Below are positions 45,771 to 47,646 of a stretch of 47,646 bases of DNA, in pieces (positions within the stretch are counted from its first letter, which is position 1; every line of letters starts with the position of its first letter). Position numbers and translations under genes: made by a program. Location: NCBI RefSeq assembly GCF_001194135.2, contig NC_068994.1:2382120-2429765 (forward strand), in the 5' to 3' direction. The notes under the pieces are model-generated. The model was not told the DNA's origin. It searched no databases and saw only the letters and a list, made by a program, of their open reading frames with translations. The DNA comes from Octopus bimaculoides. Taxonomy: Eukaryota.

Positions 45771-47646
45771 AGATGGTTGTTGTTGGTATTATTATTATTA
45801 TTATTATCATTATTATTATTATCATTATCATTCAGGCCTTGCACTTGCATTCATTCTGTCTCTATTAAACCTTCCTCACTTCTCATTTTTCTAACACCCA
45901 TCCCTCCACCACCCTTCTAACTATGGCACTATTCAGCTGCTATGACTGCAGAATCTACACAATTTTTTCCCCCTATTTTGTGCTATCAGTTACTTCACCC
46001 TGTTCTTGGAACCACTTCCTTTCAAAATTCATCTCTCATTCTTAATATCATACTTTTCCACTTTATTTCCAGTTGTCTCTCCTTCTCCTCTGAGCTACAA
46101 CTTAGAACTGCCTTATTTCCTTTTTTATACCCCCTCATATCCAACACTCCCCAACTTTTGTTCTCCACTCGCTTTGGCCACCATTATGTACTTCAGATCT
46201 CCATCTCTATCACTGCCCATCTCTCTTTCTGCACATCATACTCTCTCTACTTTTTCATCTCTCCACAGCTGCTTTCCACCCTTTCTGTATGGCTACTTGT
46301 CACCTCCTCCTTCCTGACTTATTTCTTTCATATTTTTCACCAAACTGACACTTAACATCAACCACAACTCCTCCTTTGTTCATTATTCACTACATTCACC
46401 TTTACTACTCCTGTCTAACCATCTGTATCGTCCACACACACACGATGATGATAATGTATTTTATGTATGCATTATGCTTTAAATATATCATGGTTCAAAA
46501 AAATATATGTATACTCTTCTCCTTTATTTGTTTGTTTGTCACTGTCCATGCCATAATATCTCCATTTTTACAGTATACAGAACCATTTTTTGGTCTCAAG
46601 ATGTCCTTCTTTCTCTTCCTCTCTCACTATTTCTGGCCCTCCCCATCTCTTTCTCTCTGGCCCTTCCTCTCCCTTGCTTCTCTCATTTCCTATCCTTTTA
46701 TCATTGCTGTTCTCAGTAATTACACGATACAAAGTAGTAATACTACCTTTGCTCCACCACTCCCCTTTTTTTCTTCTTATTTCCTAATCGATATTTCTGC
46801 ATCACATTTAATAAGCAGCTGTCTATTTATATTATATTATTTGCTCTAACCTAATGATTTTCTTGATATTTTTCTTTCTCTTTCCTACATAATCAACAAT
46901 ACCTTTATTAATTTCATCGTACAAGACCTTATTTTTATCAATGTTAATTCACAACAAACTCCGTTATTCTGCTGCAGTTTGCTCCATATAAATATCTACC
47001 TTCTTTGCACCTCACTAGTTGTTTATACATACATATACATGTATATATATATATATATATATATGAGTGTTCAGTTACATAAACTCAACAATATTCAAAG
47101 AGAGTTCTGCCTTTATCATTTGGAAGAGACATGGATTCTACGAAGTGCAGAAAGGCAACTTTTGTAAAAGGGCAGTGTGGTTGAATAAAATTTGATACAG
47201 GGAAGAGAGTATCAGCAGCAGGATAGAAATAACCCAGTTCCTCTTGTAAACTGGATGACAATAAGGAAGGCATGCAACCATAAATAACATTCTAGAAACC
47301 ATGATGTACACAACAAAGATAAGCAATTTTCTCTGTCAAGCAAGCATGGTAAGAGAGATGTACAAGGACGATCATGGTGTATATGCACGTACACATTTGT
47401 GTGTGTGTGTGTGTGCATGCACGCGCATGTGTGTGTGTGCGTGCATCTATTTCCCTGTCCACCTCAGTTATCGCTCCATCGACCATACCTCCTCTCATCT
47501 CACCACATACGATGCTTACTTGCCTGCCCCGCTGCCAACCCCCCCCCCCTCTCTCTCTTTCATGCTCCCTTCTTCCACCCTTTCCATACATCTAATCTTA
47601 TAATGGTGAGCATGAAGGAATAATGTAGGACAGCCCTGGACAACCT

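Noticed and set aside
45942-46849. Hydrophobic 100-157 aa ORFs
   Set aside because: Pyrimidine-rich low-complexity DNA giving F/L/S/I bias; no domain motif or clear exon structure.

Overview
AT-rich, microsatellite- and retroposon-laden eukaryotic DNA from a coleoid cephalopod, most likely Octopus (inferred from the protocadherin style and the SINE families). It lies inside a tandem protocadherin (PCDH) array on the + strand. The window contains: (A) the 3' end of one PCDH (1-267, 426-588, probably 1424-1503); (B) a complete six-cadherin-repeat PCDH (34311-36677 plus a tail exon 37193-37354); and (C) an orphan PCDH remnant at 5831-6718 in which the ~2.4-kb ectodomain exon appears collapsed to 64 bp with both splice sites left in place. 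The tail exons of A and B are both 163 nt and keep an HYEEIP motif, which matches the Src-family SH2 ligand pYEEI. The intergenic DNA holds several tRNA-derived SINE families, RTE and R4/Dong-type LINE fragments and an internally deleted mariner. The most unusual element is a tRNA-headed SINE whose 3' part carries a minimal hammerhead-ribozyme motif. It is inserted twice with a Penelope-like inverted-terminus architecture and 12-14 bp target-site duplications. All exon calls come from splice consensus and paralog comparison by eye, with no expression data. TE boundaries are approximate.
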